A stretch of DNA of 64,000 nt from a virus (IMGVR_UViG_3300031555_004891); one strand, 5' to 3'; numbered from the stretch's first letter, positions 22,827 through 35,556 are shown. Notes: generated by a model not told the origin, from the sequence alone. A program made the numbers and translations.

Positions 22827-24337
22827 TGGATTTCAAAAACATTATGTCAAAAAGCTTTAATAAACAAACTAACACTTTATCTGAAGCTGAAATAGATGCT
22901 AGACTTATAGAATCAGCTGGAAAAATATCAGATATTAAAAATCAAATTCAAGAGCTTAATACTACCTGGAAAGCTTTAAAAGAAGATAAAGATGGATTAG
23001 CTTTCGGAAACAGTCTTACTGCAAACAGTTTAAGAGAAGAATTTCAAGAAAAAGCTGAGGTACTCAAGAAGCAATTTAACGAAGCAAGAAATGAGTATTT
23101 AGAATATAAAAATCTTAAGAATAAACTATTAACTGAAGCTGAGATTAAATTATCACCAGAAGATATGTTTGATCCAGATAAGCCAGTTAAATTTACAGAT
23201 ATTGCTAAACGCGCTGATGATGAAGAAAAAGCAGAAATAGCTAGAAAAGCAGAAGAAGAAAGAAAAGCTGCTGCTAGAGAAAAATTGCATGATATTCTTG
23301 ATCCAGTAGAAAAAGCTATTGCTGCAGATGATGATCCAGATGATATTTTACAGATATTATTTGACGAGTTAGTACCACCTTCTGGTCCTGCTGAAACTGT
23401 TGCTGGTGAAATTGTAAGAGCTATTATGAGATTAGTTTATCGCGATTATAATGATGGTGATAAATTCTATGAAGGCTATGGTTTAGAAACGTGTGCAGCA
23501 CCAGCAGCTTATTTAGCAAATCACGGTTTTGCAGATGACTTAGAAAAAATTCTAGAAGATGCTGCAAATTTCGAAATGGATGATGATACTTACACAGAAG
23601 CTATAAAAGATCTAGAAGAAAGAATTATTCATGAAATTATTCAAGATGTAGATTTGTTTATAGATAAAAACGAAGAAGATTGTTTAGATCAAGATATTGA
23701 TTGGATTATAGAAGGTCAACCTAAACATACTTATGAAATTCCATGCTCTGATGATCTTACACCATTTATCGAAGCTGGATATTGCGATAGTTGGAAGCTA
23801 AAAGAATACGTTGAGAATCAATTAAGTTGGGAAGCATCTACTAGAGATGCTGAAATAGAAAGACCATGGAGTCATAACGATACTTCTGTAACTATTACAA
23901 ACTTAACTAAAGATGGGTTAGATAGAGTAGAAGAATTAGCTAAACATCATTTAGAAAGTTTCTGGGAAGATTTAGTTTCAGAGCTTAAAGAAGAGCATCC
24001 AACTCACGATTGTGATGATTGTGGTAATACTTTCTTCGAAGATGATATGGAAGAAATTGATGGTCAATGGATATGTCAAGATTGCGCAGATAGCAGAGAT
24101 TATTCTGATAGCGATGATGAAGAAGATCTTGATGAAGCTTTTACTAAACCTAGCACTTTATTGAGAATATTTAAGAGTTATTGTGATGGCGCGAATGAGC
24201 AACGCAATCCAGAAGCTTTTAGTAGAATGAGATATCTACTCAATACTTATGGTGATAATGACGAAGAAGCTTTTGAAAATGCTCCAGAAGATATTTAGAT
24301 GAGAGCTTTAGAGCTTATTGCACCACGTAGAGCTTAA
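22826..24337 (+). CDS. Acidic multi-module hypothetical protein with Zn finger (503 aa)
   Basis: Extends through TAG 24296-24298 to TAA 24335-24337. CDDC...CQDC; L-x-E motifs. Confidence 0.65.
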
Positions 24338-24356
24338 AATAAAATTGGAGGGTTTT

Positions 24357-24857
24357 ATGAACGAAGGTAAATTTGGTGCATTATTAACGCCTGATGCGAA
24401 GTTACATAGAAAATATTTTGAAGAATTAGTAACATTGCTAGGTATACAGGTATTTTATAGAGCACCTAAATCTAGCAAAAGATATACTACATACACAGAA
24501 ATAGAAAGTTTATATTACCCACCAGAAGCTGTTGGTGTTATATTTGATGAGCACCCAACACAACAAACATTGAAAAAGATGGGATGGGTTTCAGAATTGC
24601 AAGAAAATGCTTCTGTAATCCATGTTCCATATGACTTAAAATTTTTACAGCAAGGTGCATTATTCTTTATTCCTAGCGGTTTAGATAATATACCTAATCG
24701 CCTATTTAGAGTTACAAAATTAAGCAACTCAATGGTTTATCCAGCATCTATAAGTTGTGAAATTGTACCAGAATTTGAAAATTCATATAGTATAGAAAAT
24801 GATAATTTCAAATCTAGTAGCTTTAATGTTTTAGCAGAAGAGGATGATTATATATGA
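24357..24857 (+). CDS. Neck / head-closure protein, T4 gp14-like
   Basis: N-terminal FEELVTLLGIQVFY pattern, GGAGG RBS, gene position. Confidence 0.55.
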   Translation: MNEGKFGALLTPDAKLHRKYFEELVTLLGIQVFYRAPKSSKRYTTYTEIESLYYPPEAVGVIFDEHPTQQTLKKMGWVSELQENASVIHVPYDLKFLQQGALFFIPSGLDNIPNRLFRVTKLSNSMVYPASISCEIVPEFENSYSIENDNFKSSSFNVLAEEDDYI

Positions 24858-26407
24858 TTTTATTAGAAGCAGTGGACAATAGAGCTGAATTATTTCCATC
24901 ATATACGATTACTGATCCTACAACTAATGAAACAACAAAAACTAGCGTTGCTGAACAAATAAATCAGCTACGTGGCGATGAAAAAAATGTCGCAATATAT
25001 AAATTTTTAGAATAGTATCAAAGTCAAGAACCTGGATCACCATATGAAGGGCAACCTGGTAAACCACTTAAAGTATCAAGATTTATAAATGATTTATTAG
25101 CAGCAGTTTTGTTGTGGGGACCTGATGGATCTAACGTACATTAGAATCCTATAGTATACTTCTTAGAAAATTCAAAAATACCTACTGCTAAAATAGAAGC
25201 TGCAGGTTCTTACGCTATACCAGAATTATGTGATGCATTAGAAGAAGGTGATTTATCTAACGAAGATTTTGAGAGATATTTTATAGATAGTGATACTGGT
25301 ATCTTCGATGAAGATAGTAATGCTTTTAAGTATAAATTTGATATATTAAAAATATTTTTAGATAATAATCAACTAAGAAAATATAAAACAACATCTGGAG
25401 ATATTCCTTCTATAGATTGGATATTTAATAATAAAGATTGTATACCTAAAAGAGATGATGGTGTCTTGAAATCAGGAATTGCTGGATATCCAGAAGATGT
25501 TTCAGTAGTAACAAACAAATTTCTTCCTTATGCAGACATGAGAAAAGTAGCTAAAGCTTTAGTGCAAGAAGATAGCTCTAAAGAAACTTTATCTCTAAAG
25601 AAAGTAATGCAAGATCAATTTAAGCTTACTAAACCAGAAGATATAAATACTAAAATAAAAGAATTTTTTAATAACGCTGATGCGAAGAAAGAATTAAGAG
25701 TAGTAGCTGATGCAGATAAATATTAGAAATATGCGGAAAGTTATCTGATAGGTGATAAAAAAGATAAAGCTTAGAATTTCTTGAAACTAGTAGAAATACA
25801 ACATCCATATGATGTTATACGAATAATATAGGGTATAGAGGATAAAGCAACTGGTATTAGTGATACAGAGGAAATTTCAGAACCAGTCACTTTCAAGGAC
25901 ATTATTAAAAAGCGTGGTTGGACAAATGATACTGCTTTAAATGAGCTTTTCAAAATAATTAAAGATACAGATACTTCTATTTTAGGACCTAAAGCAAAAT
26001 CTACTTTAAGATCTTTTATAAAATCTAGAATGCAAGATGATTCTTCTAGAAAAGATTTATTAAGCTTAAAAATTGCATCTAACACAGACTCAGATATTAT
26101 AAAAAGTCTTATTGCATATCGAAAAGCCTATATGAAAAATAAAATTTCAGGTTTTGATATTCTTGCAAATATTTTAGGTATTCCAAAAAGTGCTGTTAAT
26201 AAAAAACATCTTCAAGATCAAGCTATTAGAGTATGCAAGATACTTAAGAAAGATAATGAAGATGAAGTTATAAATAAAATAAGATCAGGTATTTTAGATG
26301 ATACTTTAATTAGAATTTTTAATAAAAAATATCCTGTTACAGCATCAACAGAAAAACCTTTAGCCCTCATAACACCTGAAATTTCAAAAATTTTATTACC
26401 TTTATAA
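24854..26407 (+). CDS. Hypothetical protein (517 aa, TAG=Gln)
   Basis: ATGA overlap with the upstream gene. Frame broken only by TAGs up to TAA at 26405-26407. Confidence 0.7.
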
Positions 26408-26416
26408 GAGTTTGTT

Positions 26417-26848
26417 ATGAATTTAACGATAAATATATCTAGAAGAAATCCAAAAACAGATTTATTTATAGATGGAATACTTATACCTTATATAGAAGAT
26501 ACTTTTATAAATTTAATTGATAGAAGAAAACTTATAAAATATAAAGACTATTTTAAGAATAATAATTTAGGTTGGATAACTTATAATAATAAGACAATTA
26601 TACCTTCTGCATATGAAATTTTGATAGCAGGAATTAAAAATCTTATAGTTTATAGATATCCAGATAAATATGTTATAACAATAAATCCAAACAAAATACT
26701 ACCAAAAACTTCTGCTAAATTAAATGATATTTGTAAATTAATAAATTATGGAACGCTATCTATATCTAGATATCCAATATTTACAGAAGTATTTGAAATA
26801 ATAAGTAAGCAAGTGCCTTATTTATATGAAACATTTTTGGAGGAATAA
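26417..26848 (+). CDS. Hypothetical protein
   Basis: 143 aa ORF within the operon. Confidence 0.6.
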   Translation: MNLTINISRRNPKTDLFIDGILIPYIEDTFINLIDRRKLIKYKDYFKNNNLGWITYNNKTIIPSAYEILIAGIKNLIVYRYPDKYVITINPNKILPKTSAKLNDICKLINYGTLSISRYPIFTEVFEIISKQVPYLYETFLEE

Positions 26849-26850
26849 AA

Positions 26851-27465
26851 ATGGCCATTTCATATTATGATGATGCATTGCTAGCTAAAATAAAAAGCTG
26901 GGTAATGGATGATAATATATAGATTACAGGCCCAGCCGAAACCCGAAGATTATTTGAGTATAGAGCTGATATATCAGATGATAAACCTCTCACATTACCT
27001 ATAATAACTTTAACGAGAGGCAATGATATAGAAATCTTATCTACAAATAAAAAACCCTTAACCTATGATGGTATGACTATGGAAGCTAATGCTAGAAAAA
27101 GTGCTTAGTTAAATGGGATACCTATTAAGTTAACTTATTAGATAGATATATATACTAAATTTTTTAAAGAAGCTGATGAGTACTTAAGAAATTTTATATT
27201 TAAGCTTATAAATTTTCCTAAATTGCTCATACAAATACCTTACAATGGTGCTAATATAGAGCACACATCAAATATAATATTAGATACAACAGTAACTGAT
27301 AATTCAGATATTCCTGAACGACTTGTCCCAGGACAATTCACTAGAATGACTTTATCACTAACAATAGATGATGCATGGTTATTCGATTATAAGATCAGAA
27401 ATAATTACACAGTTGAATATGACTGGGATGTTGTATTAGAATCAGATAGATTAAAATAGGAGTAA
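26851..27465 (+). CDS. Tail completion / terminator protein, gp15-like (TAG=Gln)
   Basis: GGAGG RBS, LPIITLTR motif, immediately upstream of the sheath gene. Ends ...AAA TAG GAG TAA. Confidence 0.6.
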
Positions 27466-27469
27466 AAAC

Positions 27470-29374
27470 ATGCCTAAAATTACATTTAACGAAGTAGATT
27501 TAACTAGTCCTGGTACCTTAAATGTAACTGCAAATACAGTTTATGTTCCTGGATTTTCAGTTTCTGGACCTGTTAATGAACCTACATTATTAAATTCTGT
27601 AGCAGATCTCGAAAGTAAATTTGGAACTGATACAATTACATTTTCAAGTACTTTTACATATAATAGTAAGAAAGTATTTGCTCAAGGACAAAAAGAACCT
27701 AGCTATTTATATGCTAAAACACTTTTAGCTGCAGGCTTACCTGTTATGTTTGAACGTGTTTCAGATGCTGCTAGAACTATTTCTCCAATAACTGCTTATA
27801 ATGAGTTGAGTAAAGCTTTAAGTGCTGCAAAAGTTAAAGATTGTGGTTCTTATAATGTTAAATTCTTAACAACTGGTGGTTATCCAAACGTAGATGGTAT
27901 AGCAAAAGTTGCAGAAGGTTCAAAAGCAAGCTTATTTGATAATGCAGACAGTGTTACTGGAATCAGTGATTATACTATTAGATTAGTTGCAGATTCTTTT
28001 AAGGCAGCTGATTTAACAGTTGATCAAACTATTGCAAACCGTTTATATAATCACAATTTAGGTTATGCAGAAGTTCATTATGGAGAATTTGCTGATATTG
28101 TTTCTCCATATGGCTTAAACTTAAATAATACATTTGATATTAACACCGCAGAAAGCATTAGTTTTGCTATATGCAGCAATGCTAAATATTTAAGAAAATT
28201 AGGTGAAAGTACTAACGCAGTTCACTCATGGATTTTAAATAACTGTTGGTTAGAAGTAATAGCTAATAAAGAAGCAGCAACTGATTGCGATAATCTATGG
28301 ACAGTTAAACTTTATGGTTACAAATATTCTGATGGAACTGTTTATGCTCCAGTAGTGGATGCTAGCGTACAAACAGCTGGTGGAGATGGTCTTACATATG
28401 AAGGTACTGATACAGCAGGTACAGATGCGCCAGTAGAAGAAAGTAAACGTGTGCTTTTAACGACACATGTAACTCATGCAGAAACCTTAAAAGATTTAGT
28501 TAAAGATTTCTACTTCTGCTGTGATGTTGATTCTGGAATAACTAAAATGACTATTTACGCAACAACAGCTGTAAGTACAACTTCTTCTGAAGCTAACAGC
28601 ACATTTAGTGTAAAAGGCTTAGGTGATGCTTTATACACAATTGCTGCTAATAATAGAAAAGATTGCGTAGCTCTTTTAGATCATACACCTGATATCAAAC
28701 CAGAAAATGTAATAGAAGAATTATTCCCTAACTTAGATGGTTATGGAGAATATGGTGCTATGTTTACACCATGGGGAACATATTCTATAGCTGGGGAAAC
28801 ATTAGTTTATAACATGCCTGCATCTCTCGGTTATTTGCTTGCTTTAGCTAGATCTACTGCAAATAATCCAGATTGGTTAGCTATAGCTGGTGCAAATAGA
28901 GGTGGTGTTCCTAATTTACAATCTGTAAATGAAAAGGTAACAAATGCAGTAGCTGAGTCATACCAATCTAGAATGGGTATATCAATTAACCCTATTACAG
29001 AGATTACACCTTATGGTGATTTAATTTGGGGTAATAGAACTCTTAAGAATAACCCAGCTAATTTAACTGCTAAATCTTTCTTAAATATCAGAGTGCTTAT
29101 CTGTAACGTTGTTAAAACAGCATTTGCAGCAGCTAGATCAATGACTTTCGAGCAAAATAATGACATATTATGGGTTAACTTTAAGTCTATGATTATTCCT
29201 ACACTTGACCAAATGGTTAAAGGTGCTGGTATAAGTGCTTACGAATTAAAGAAACGCGCTAATAAACAAAAAGCTGAACTTAGATGCGTCATTAGATTAT
29301 ATGCTATCGAAGCAGTAGAAGATTTTGAAATCGAATTACAACTCGCAGATGATACTTCTGCAGTAATAGAGTAA
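27470..29374 (+). CDS. Contractile tail sheath protein
   Basis: Motifs RKDCVALLD, WLAIAGANRG, INPI, IWGNRTL, FLNIRVL, FEQNN. Confidence 0.92.
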   Translation: MPKITFNEVDLTSPGTLNVTANTVYVPGFSVSGPVNEPTLLNSVADLESKFGTDTITFSSTFTYNSKKVFAQGQKEPSYLYAKTLLAAGLPVMFERVSDAARTISPITAYNELSKALSAAKVKDCGSYNVKFLTTGGYPNVDGIAKVAEGSKASLFDNADSVTGISDYTIRLVADSFKAADLTVDQTIANRLYNHNLGYAEVHYGEFADIVSPYGLNLNNTFDINTAESISFAICSNAKYLRKLGESTNAVHSWILNNCWLEVIANKEAATDCDNLWTVKLYGYKYSDGTVYAPVVDASVQTAGGDGLTYEGTDTAGTDAPVEESKRVLLTTHVTHAETLKDLVKDFYFCCDVDSGITKMTIYATTAVSTTSSEANSTFSVKGLGDALYTIAANNRKDCVALLDHTPDIKPENVIEELFPNLDGYGEYGAMFTPWGTYSIAGETLVYNMPASLGYLLALARSTANNPDWLAIAGANRGGVPNLQSVNEKVTNAVAESYQSRMGISINPITEITPYGDLIWGNRTLKNNPANLTAKSFLNIRVLICNVVKTAFAAARSMTFEQNNDILWVNFKSMIIPTLDQMVKGAGISAYELKKRANKQKAELRCVIRLYAIEAVEDFEIELQLADDTSAVIE

Positions 29375-29393
29375 GGATAGGGGGAAATAATAA

Positions 29394-29993
29394 ATGTCAA
29401 CACATACAATAAGTAATGTTACAGGTTTAGGCGCCTATCACTTAGCTGCTAATCCAGATTTATACGAAGTTGCTAGAAGTAATAACTTCGAATTTGTAGT
29501 AACTGGAATTGATAGCCTTCTTGCAGCTGGTAAAGTAGAAGGTGTTGCTGAAACCATTGTTAATGGTCAAGAAATTATCAGATTATCTGTTATCGAGTCT
29601 TCTCTTCCTACATTTACTCAAGATGTAATTGAAATTAGACGTGGTAACTCAGTTATGAAAGCTGCTGGTTTACCTAAGTTTGAAGCTGGTACACTTAAGG
29701 TGCATGACTTCGTAGGTGCTGATACTAAATCAGTCCTCATGGCTTGGCAAAATTTATCTTATAACGTAGCTACTGAAAAAATCGGTAAAATGTCAGAATA
29801 TAAGAAAGATTGCTGGCTTATGGAATACACACCTAATGGTGAACTTATCAGACAGTGGGAATTAAAAGGTTGTTGGATAAATGGTATCACAATGCCTAAC
29901 TACAATCAAGAAAGTGGTGATAAGAGAGATATTACAGCTAACATTGTTTATGATTATGCTTTAATGAGTAAACCTGACGACGAAGCAGAATAA
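29394..29993 (+). CDS. Tail tube protein, T4 gp19-like
   Basis: Follows the sheath gene; YKKDCWLMEY...WELKGCW motif. Confidence 0.88.
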   Translation: MSTHTISNVTGLGAYHLAANPDLYEVARSNNFEFVVTGIDSLLAAGKVEGVAETIVNGQEIIRLSVIESSLPTFTQDVIEIRRGNSVMKAAGLPKFEAGTLKVHDFVGADTKSVLMAWQNLSYNVATEKIGKMSEYKKDCWLMEYTPNGELIRQWELKGCWINGITMPNYNQESGDKRDITANIVYDYALMSKPDDEAE

Positions 29994-30066
29994 AATAATA
30001 TATAATGTACAATTCCTGTATAAAATATTGTATATAAGAGAATACTGAAATTACAGTGAATAACTT

Positions 30067-30115
30067 AAGACATTGAATAGTTAGATGAGAAGTTGTTTAC
30101 TATTCAATGTCTTTT
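30067..30115 (+). terminator. Intrinsic terminator
   Basis: AAGACATTGAATAG...CTATTCAATGTCTTTT. Confidence 0.75.
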
Positions 30116-30226
30116 CTATTTATATAGATAATTACGTATATACGTAAAATCTAAAATAAAAATTCATTTATAATATAATTTATAACAATAAAATATTTAG
30201 TTAGAGATTATATGGAGGATTATATA

Positions 30227-30985
30227 ATGGATAACATTACAATTCAAGAATCTTTCACATTACCATCTTTAGGAAAAATTTATAGTAGAGATATAAATTC
30301 TAAATTTAGAATGCGCTCTATGACTACAGAAGATGAAATGAGAAGATTATCACCATCTGAAAATGCTTATGAAGTCTTATCTCAAGTAATAGATGATTGT
30401 GTTTTAGATCCTATTGGAATATCAGCATATGATATGCATTTAGGTGATTATCAATATCTTTTGCATAGGTTAAGAGTCGTTACTTATGGACCTGAGTATA
30501 AAGTACAAACTGTTTGTCCAGCATGTGGTAACATAGATAAGTATAGTATCGATCTAGATGATTTAGAAGTTTTAGAATATAACGAAGAAGAGTATAAGAA
30601 ATATTCTACTGTTTATCTTCCTAACTGTAAAAAGACAGTAGAATTAAAATTTCAAACACCTAGAATTCTAGATCAAATAGCACAAAAGAAAAAAGATGCG
30701 AAGAGAAGAAATCCAGATTTAAATGTAAATCTAGATACTTTATATAATGCTCAATCTATGATTAAAACAATAGATGGGCAAGTTATTGACCCAGTTAGGC
30801 TTGAACAAATGGTAAGAAAGATGTCTATGGGAGATACAGCAAGAATCATACAGGCTGGGTCTAAATTAAATCTTAAAATAGGGTTGCAAGCTATAGTTCC
30901 TACTAGATGCTCTGAGTGCGGTGTAGATTATAACGCTCCGTTTCGCATCACAGGGGAGTTTTTTGGACCCACCTTTGACGAGTGA
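30227..30985 (+). CDS. Baseplate hub assembly / tail assembly chaperone (T4 gp26-like) with Zn ribbons
   Basis: Motifs TLPSLG, RSMTTEDE, LHRLRVVTYG, CPAC, CSEC; ends FFGPTFDE. Confidence 0.75.
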   Translation: MDNITIQESFTLPSLGKIYSRDINSKFRMRSMTTEDEMRRLSPSENAYEVLSQVIDDCVLDPIGISAYDMHLGDYQYLLHRLRVVTYGPEYKVQTVCPACGNIDKYSIDLDDLEVLEYNEEEYKKYSTVYLPNCKKTVELKFQTPRILDQIAQKKKDAKRRNPDLNVNLDTLYNAQSMIKTIDGQVIDPVRLEQMVRKMSMGDTARIIQAGSKLNLKIGLQAIVPTRCSECGVDYNAPFRITGEFFGPTFDE

Positions 30986-31190
30986 TGGTAAACCTTTCGC
31001 TCCGATAAGATGGAAACAGATTGTAAAAGAAAGATTTTTAATATCAAAAAATATAAACACATCTTATTTAGATATTGGGAAAATGACCCCAAAAGAAAGA
31101 GAATATCTACTAGAATTTATCCATGAAGATGCTATAAAAACAAAAGAGTATTTGGATAATATAAAAGCAAAGTCTAAGAGTAAAGATTAA
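30963..31190 (+). CDS. Small gp51-like chaperone extension (TTG start or frameshift product)
   Basis: SYLDIGKMTPKEREYLL resembles the gp51-like 'SLTEIENMMPWER' motif. Overlaps the upstream gene at GAGTTTTTTGGA. Confidence 0.6.
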   Translation: MDPPLTSDGKPFAPIRWKQIVKERFLISKNINTSYLDIGKMTPKEREYLLEFIHEDAIKTKEYLDNIKAKSKSKD

Positions 31191-31202
31191 AGGGAGTAAT
31201 GC

Positions 31203-33146
31203 ATGGCTACTACAAGTATGGATGCTAGAGTAACTGGAAAAAAAGCAGAAGCAGCTAGAGAAAAAAATGCATAGAAAGCCATTGCTGAAAAACTCAAAAA
31301 AGCTAATCCAGGAATGTCAGATGCTGACATAAAGACAGAAGTTAATAAAATAATAAAACGTTTTACTGATGCTGGTAAGAAAAATTTACTTTTAGAATAG
31401 AAATCTGAAAAAGAGCTTAGAAAAGAGCGTATTTAGGCTCAAAAAGATCTTAATTAGATGTAGATGGATAGTGCCGTTGGTTTCACTGAAAAGTTGAAAG
31501 TAGCTGGCGATAGCATGAAAACCAGTTTAGAAGAAGCTGGTGAAAAGCTAAAAGAAAATTTAGGAAATGTTTTAAGCAATCTAGGTAATATGTTTGACAT
31601 AAAAGGTCAAGCAGAGTTACTAGGTAGATACTCTTCTAAAATAGATGCTAGATTATAGGGCTATGAAGGCCAAAATTATGGACATTTCGCCGAAATATCG
31701 GAATTAATAAGAGATAATTTAGCTGCTAGTCCTTATATCACACAAAGCGAGATGCTAGAGAACTTAAATGCTCTAGTAGATCAAGGTATCGCTTTTAACT
31801 TAGAGCAAAGAGCTTTCTTAGAAACTGTTAGTGATAAGATTGTTACCACATTTGATACTTTTTCTGGAAGCTTGATGAGAATAATTAGGCTGCAAGGTGC
31901 AGATAGTACAGCAGCTAGAGTTGGTATGGAAGCATACTTAACTCAAATGTTAAATAAGTATTATGAAGATTCTGCTTATTTATCTACAAATTTTGATAGC
32001 GTTCAAGATGCAATTTTTAATTTAAGTTCCTCATTAGATAAAGAAACATCTGTTGAAATGGAATATACCATACAAAAGTGGTTAGGCTCTTTAAGCTCAG
32101 TAGGTGTTTCAGATAATACGATACAACAATTAGCTGCATCTATTAATGCTTTAGGTACTGGCGATGTAGAAACGCTTCAATCTAGCAATATGCAAAACTT
32201 GCTAGTTATGGCTTCTAACAAAGCTGGATTATCTTATGCAGAAATGTTAACAAACGGTATAAGCGTAGATAATGTTGATGCTTTAATGAGATCTATTGTT
32301 GAGTTTGTTCAAGAAACAGGTAAAAATACAAATAGAGTTTTAAGACAACAATGGTCAAGCATTTTAGGGATTGAGGTAGCAGATTTAGCTGCTGCAGTTA
32401 ATTTAAACACAGAAACATTAAACAAAGTATCAGACGCAGACTTGAAATATAATAATATGTTAGCAGAAACTAACGCTCAGTTAGGTTATGTTGCTAAAAG
32501 AATGCATATATCAGAACTTCTAGGTAATGTTTATGAGAATTTCATGGATGGTGTTGCTAGTAATATTGCTGGTAATGCTGTCGGATACATGACCTGGATG
32601 GCTTTAGATGTAATAGAACAATTAACTGGTGGTATAGCTATTCCAACAATTTCTGTTATGGGTAGTGGTGTTGACCTTGAAACTACAGTCGTTGGTTTAA
32701 TGAAATCTACTATAGCAGGTATTTCTATTTTAGCTCAAGGTATAAATGCTTTAAGTACTTTAACTAAAGGTGGAAGCTTAAGTTTAGGTGTTTGGGGTAA
32801 TGCTAATGCTGTTATGGAAAGAGGTTCTGGCTTTATGGGGCTTCAAGCTGGTGTAGCACAATCTACATCAGTCAGCTCTTATGTAAGTAATGGTAACGGT
32901 GATGAAATGTCTGATTATGCTATTACATCTGCAAAAGAAGATGGTGAGGAACAGATAAAAGGCGCAGAAGAAGATGAAAATTCTACATCTGCTTTGCTTA
33001 AGAAACTAATAAAACTTTTGCAAGGTGATGATCAAGATGGTAACCATGTTAAAGTATGGGTAGATAATACTGATGATATAAAAGTTACTTTAGATGGAGA
33101 AGATGTTAGAATTTCTGGTTTAAATCCATACGCTGTTGGAGGTTAA
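31203..33146 (+). CDS. Tape measure protein (647 aa, TAG=Gln)
   Basis: Helical, Ala/Gly-rich, follows the chaperone genes. Six TAGs in the 5' part; GGGAG RBS. Confidence 0.75.
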
Positions 33147-33149
33147 GAA

Positions 33150-34577
33150 GTGCTTTAGAGATTTAATTACAATACATTACAATCAAACTACATAAAATAT
33201 ATCCTCCAGAATACACCTGTACCTATGATACCTTTTGCTAAAAATGTTTATCATTTGACAGCTGGTAATCTTTATATTTATGATAAAGATATTGTATTAA
33301 GCAGAGTAGATGCGCCATTAGATTATGTAGATAAATGTATAAAAGAAAATACTAGATTTTATGAAAATGGTACTTATATAAATGCTTACGATCACTTTTT
33401 TACAATATACCAACCATATGTTTTTGGAAAAGATTATCCAGGAATAACTACTAGATATGTCTCAGATTCTGACACTTATGATTCTAAAACACATACATAT
33501 TTAGGTAAATATATAAGAACATATAAAGCTGTTTATGATATTAATCTAATGCCTTTCTACAATTTATTTTCTAATGAATATATTACAAATTTAGACATAA
33601 AGCATGATTATGGAATAAAGCAAGCACCTTTTCATGATTTAATAAGCAAGACAAATACAAATTACAAATATTTTAGTATTCCTATAAACTTTTGTCAAGA
33701 ATATACAGTAGCTTTAGATTCTTTAACACCAGTTTCTTTAGTACCAGTTTTTATAGGTAAAAAAGGTTGTTTGCAAGAGCCTACTAGGCTTTTGTGGAGA
33801 ATGTTAAACATATTAAATCGTGAAGATTTTGGTATCTATAAAGCAGATCATGATATTTTGATGAGTAGAAATAATTATTACAGGGATGAAACAGCTTTTT
33901 CTAAACCCTTCATTTTTTAGAGTCCATGTATCGTAGGTGCTAAAGAACCAGATGTAGCTTCTGATATGTAGCTAGATCAATCTACGTTACTTAAATATGA
34001 AAAATTTTTAAGACTTATAATAAAAGTACCTATTTCTAACACATCTAGTTTAGTTGTTTTAGAGGGAAATTATAGTAATACATTACCTTTTGCAGATAAA
34101 GTTATTTCTACAAGCGAAAAAGATATAGCTCAATTTCAAAGTTATAGAGAAAGATATTCTAATTTTAACGAATATTTAAACGAAAAGCTAATAAGTAATT
34201 TAAGTTTATTGAAGATAAACGATTCTAATAATTATGCATTTTGCGGAAGATTATTTGAGTATTTAGTAAACAATGTAATTAGTAACGCTGAGCAATTTGA
34301 AAGTAATGTAATGAAAGTTCAGAAATACTTAAATTAGACACAATCAGGTATATGGTAGCCTAGATTGAGAACATATACATATAAGACTGTTAATAATTAC
34401 GCTGATGTTAGAAATTTACAAACAGTGTGGGATGCGAACGGTTTTATAGATAAAGATTCTGAAAAATTACTTGCAAGCTATTATAGAGAATGCGAAAGAC
34501 TTGCCGAGCAAGCAAATAAAACAAAAGATCCAGCTATAATAGATCAATTAAATAAATTGCTTAAATATAAAGAATAA
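33150..34577 (+). CDS. Hypothetical tail/baseplate protein (475 aa, TAG=Gln)
   Basis: GTG start after GGAGG with TAG as codon 3. Single frame through the 33225 and 34365 fragments. Confidence 0.7.
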
Positions 34578-34588
34578 GGAAATACTAA

Positions 34589-35221
34589 ATGAGCGCTTAC
34601 TCAGCATATAGTGGACTAGTAAGTTCCAATTCAAAATTTAATATGATTGAGAATTACTTATATCTATATCACATAGGTTAGAGCTCAGATTCTCAGCAAA
34701 CAGGTCAATTTGTTGTTTTACCAACATATCCAGAATCGATTACAGATACTTTAGAAGCTCAATTTGCTAGTAGCACACCTTTGAGCAGATCTGCTCCGAT
34801 ATACTCATATTCCAGTTCTGGACCTAGGAGTTTGACTATAAGATTAAAGTTTCATAGAGAAATGATGACTCAAATAAATTATGGTATAAGTAATCTTGCA
34901 GTAGAGCTTGGTGATGATTATGTTGATACTATAATTAAACAGCTGCAAGCTGTTGCTTTACCTTCTTATAAATCAGCTTCTAAAATGGTTAATCCACCTC
35001 AAGTAGCTGTTAGATTTGGAAATGAAATCTTTATAAAAGGTATAGTAAATGGAAGTGTATCAGTAACATATGAGCTTCCTATTTTATCAGATAATAAGTA
35101 TGCTCAAGTGACTGTTGAGTTTACTGTAACTGAAACCGATCCATATGATGCAGAAACAGTTGCAGCAATGGGAAGTTTTAGAGGTTTAGATAAAACCTTA
35201 GAAAAAAGACTTTATAAATAA
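34589..35221 (+). CDS. Tail tube initiator / baseplate protein (TAG=Gln)
   Basis: PESITD...SRSAPIYSYSSSGPRSL...PPQVAVRFG pattern of tube-initiator proteins. Confidence 0.7.
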
Positions 35222-35232
35222 GGAAAAATATT

Positions 35233-35556
35233 ATGTCAGAAATTCTTCAAGATAAAACATACTTAGATTATAATTATATATGTAGATATTCTGGCTTTCC
35301 TTATTGGTATCATAGCGAAGATGAAAAATATGTTTATGGAGTAACTAGCCAATTATCGAAAAATGTGAGTTATACTATACACATTGTTAAGAATAATGAA
35401 ACATTTGATAGTATATCACTTTATTATTATAATAGTCCATTATATTTTTGGGTTATAATGGATTTTAATGGATTGCAAGATCCTTTTGAAAAACCTAAAG
35501 TTGGTAGTCAATTAAAAATTCCTACATTAGCTGGTATTTCTTATGTTGAGGTATAA
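35233..35556 (+). CDS. LysM-like baseplate wedge protein (gp53/gpX-like)
   Basis: HIVKNNETFDSISLYYYNSPLYFWVIMDFN...GSQLKIP. Confidence 0.8.
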   Translation: MSEILQDKTYLDYNYICRYSGFPYWYHSEDEKYVYGVTSQLSKNVSYTIHIVKNNETFDSISLYYYNSPLYFWVIMDFNGLQDPFEKPKVGSQLKIPTLAGISYVEV

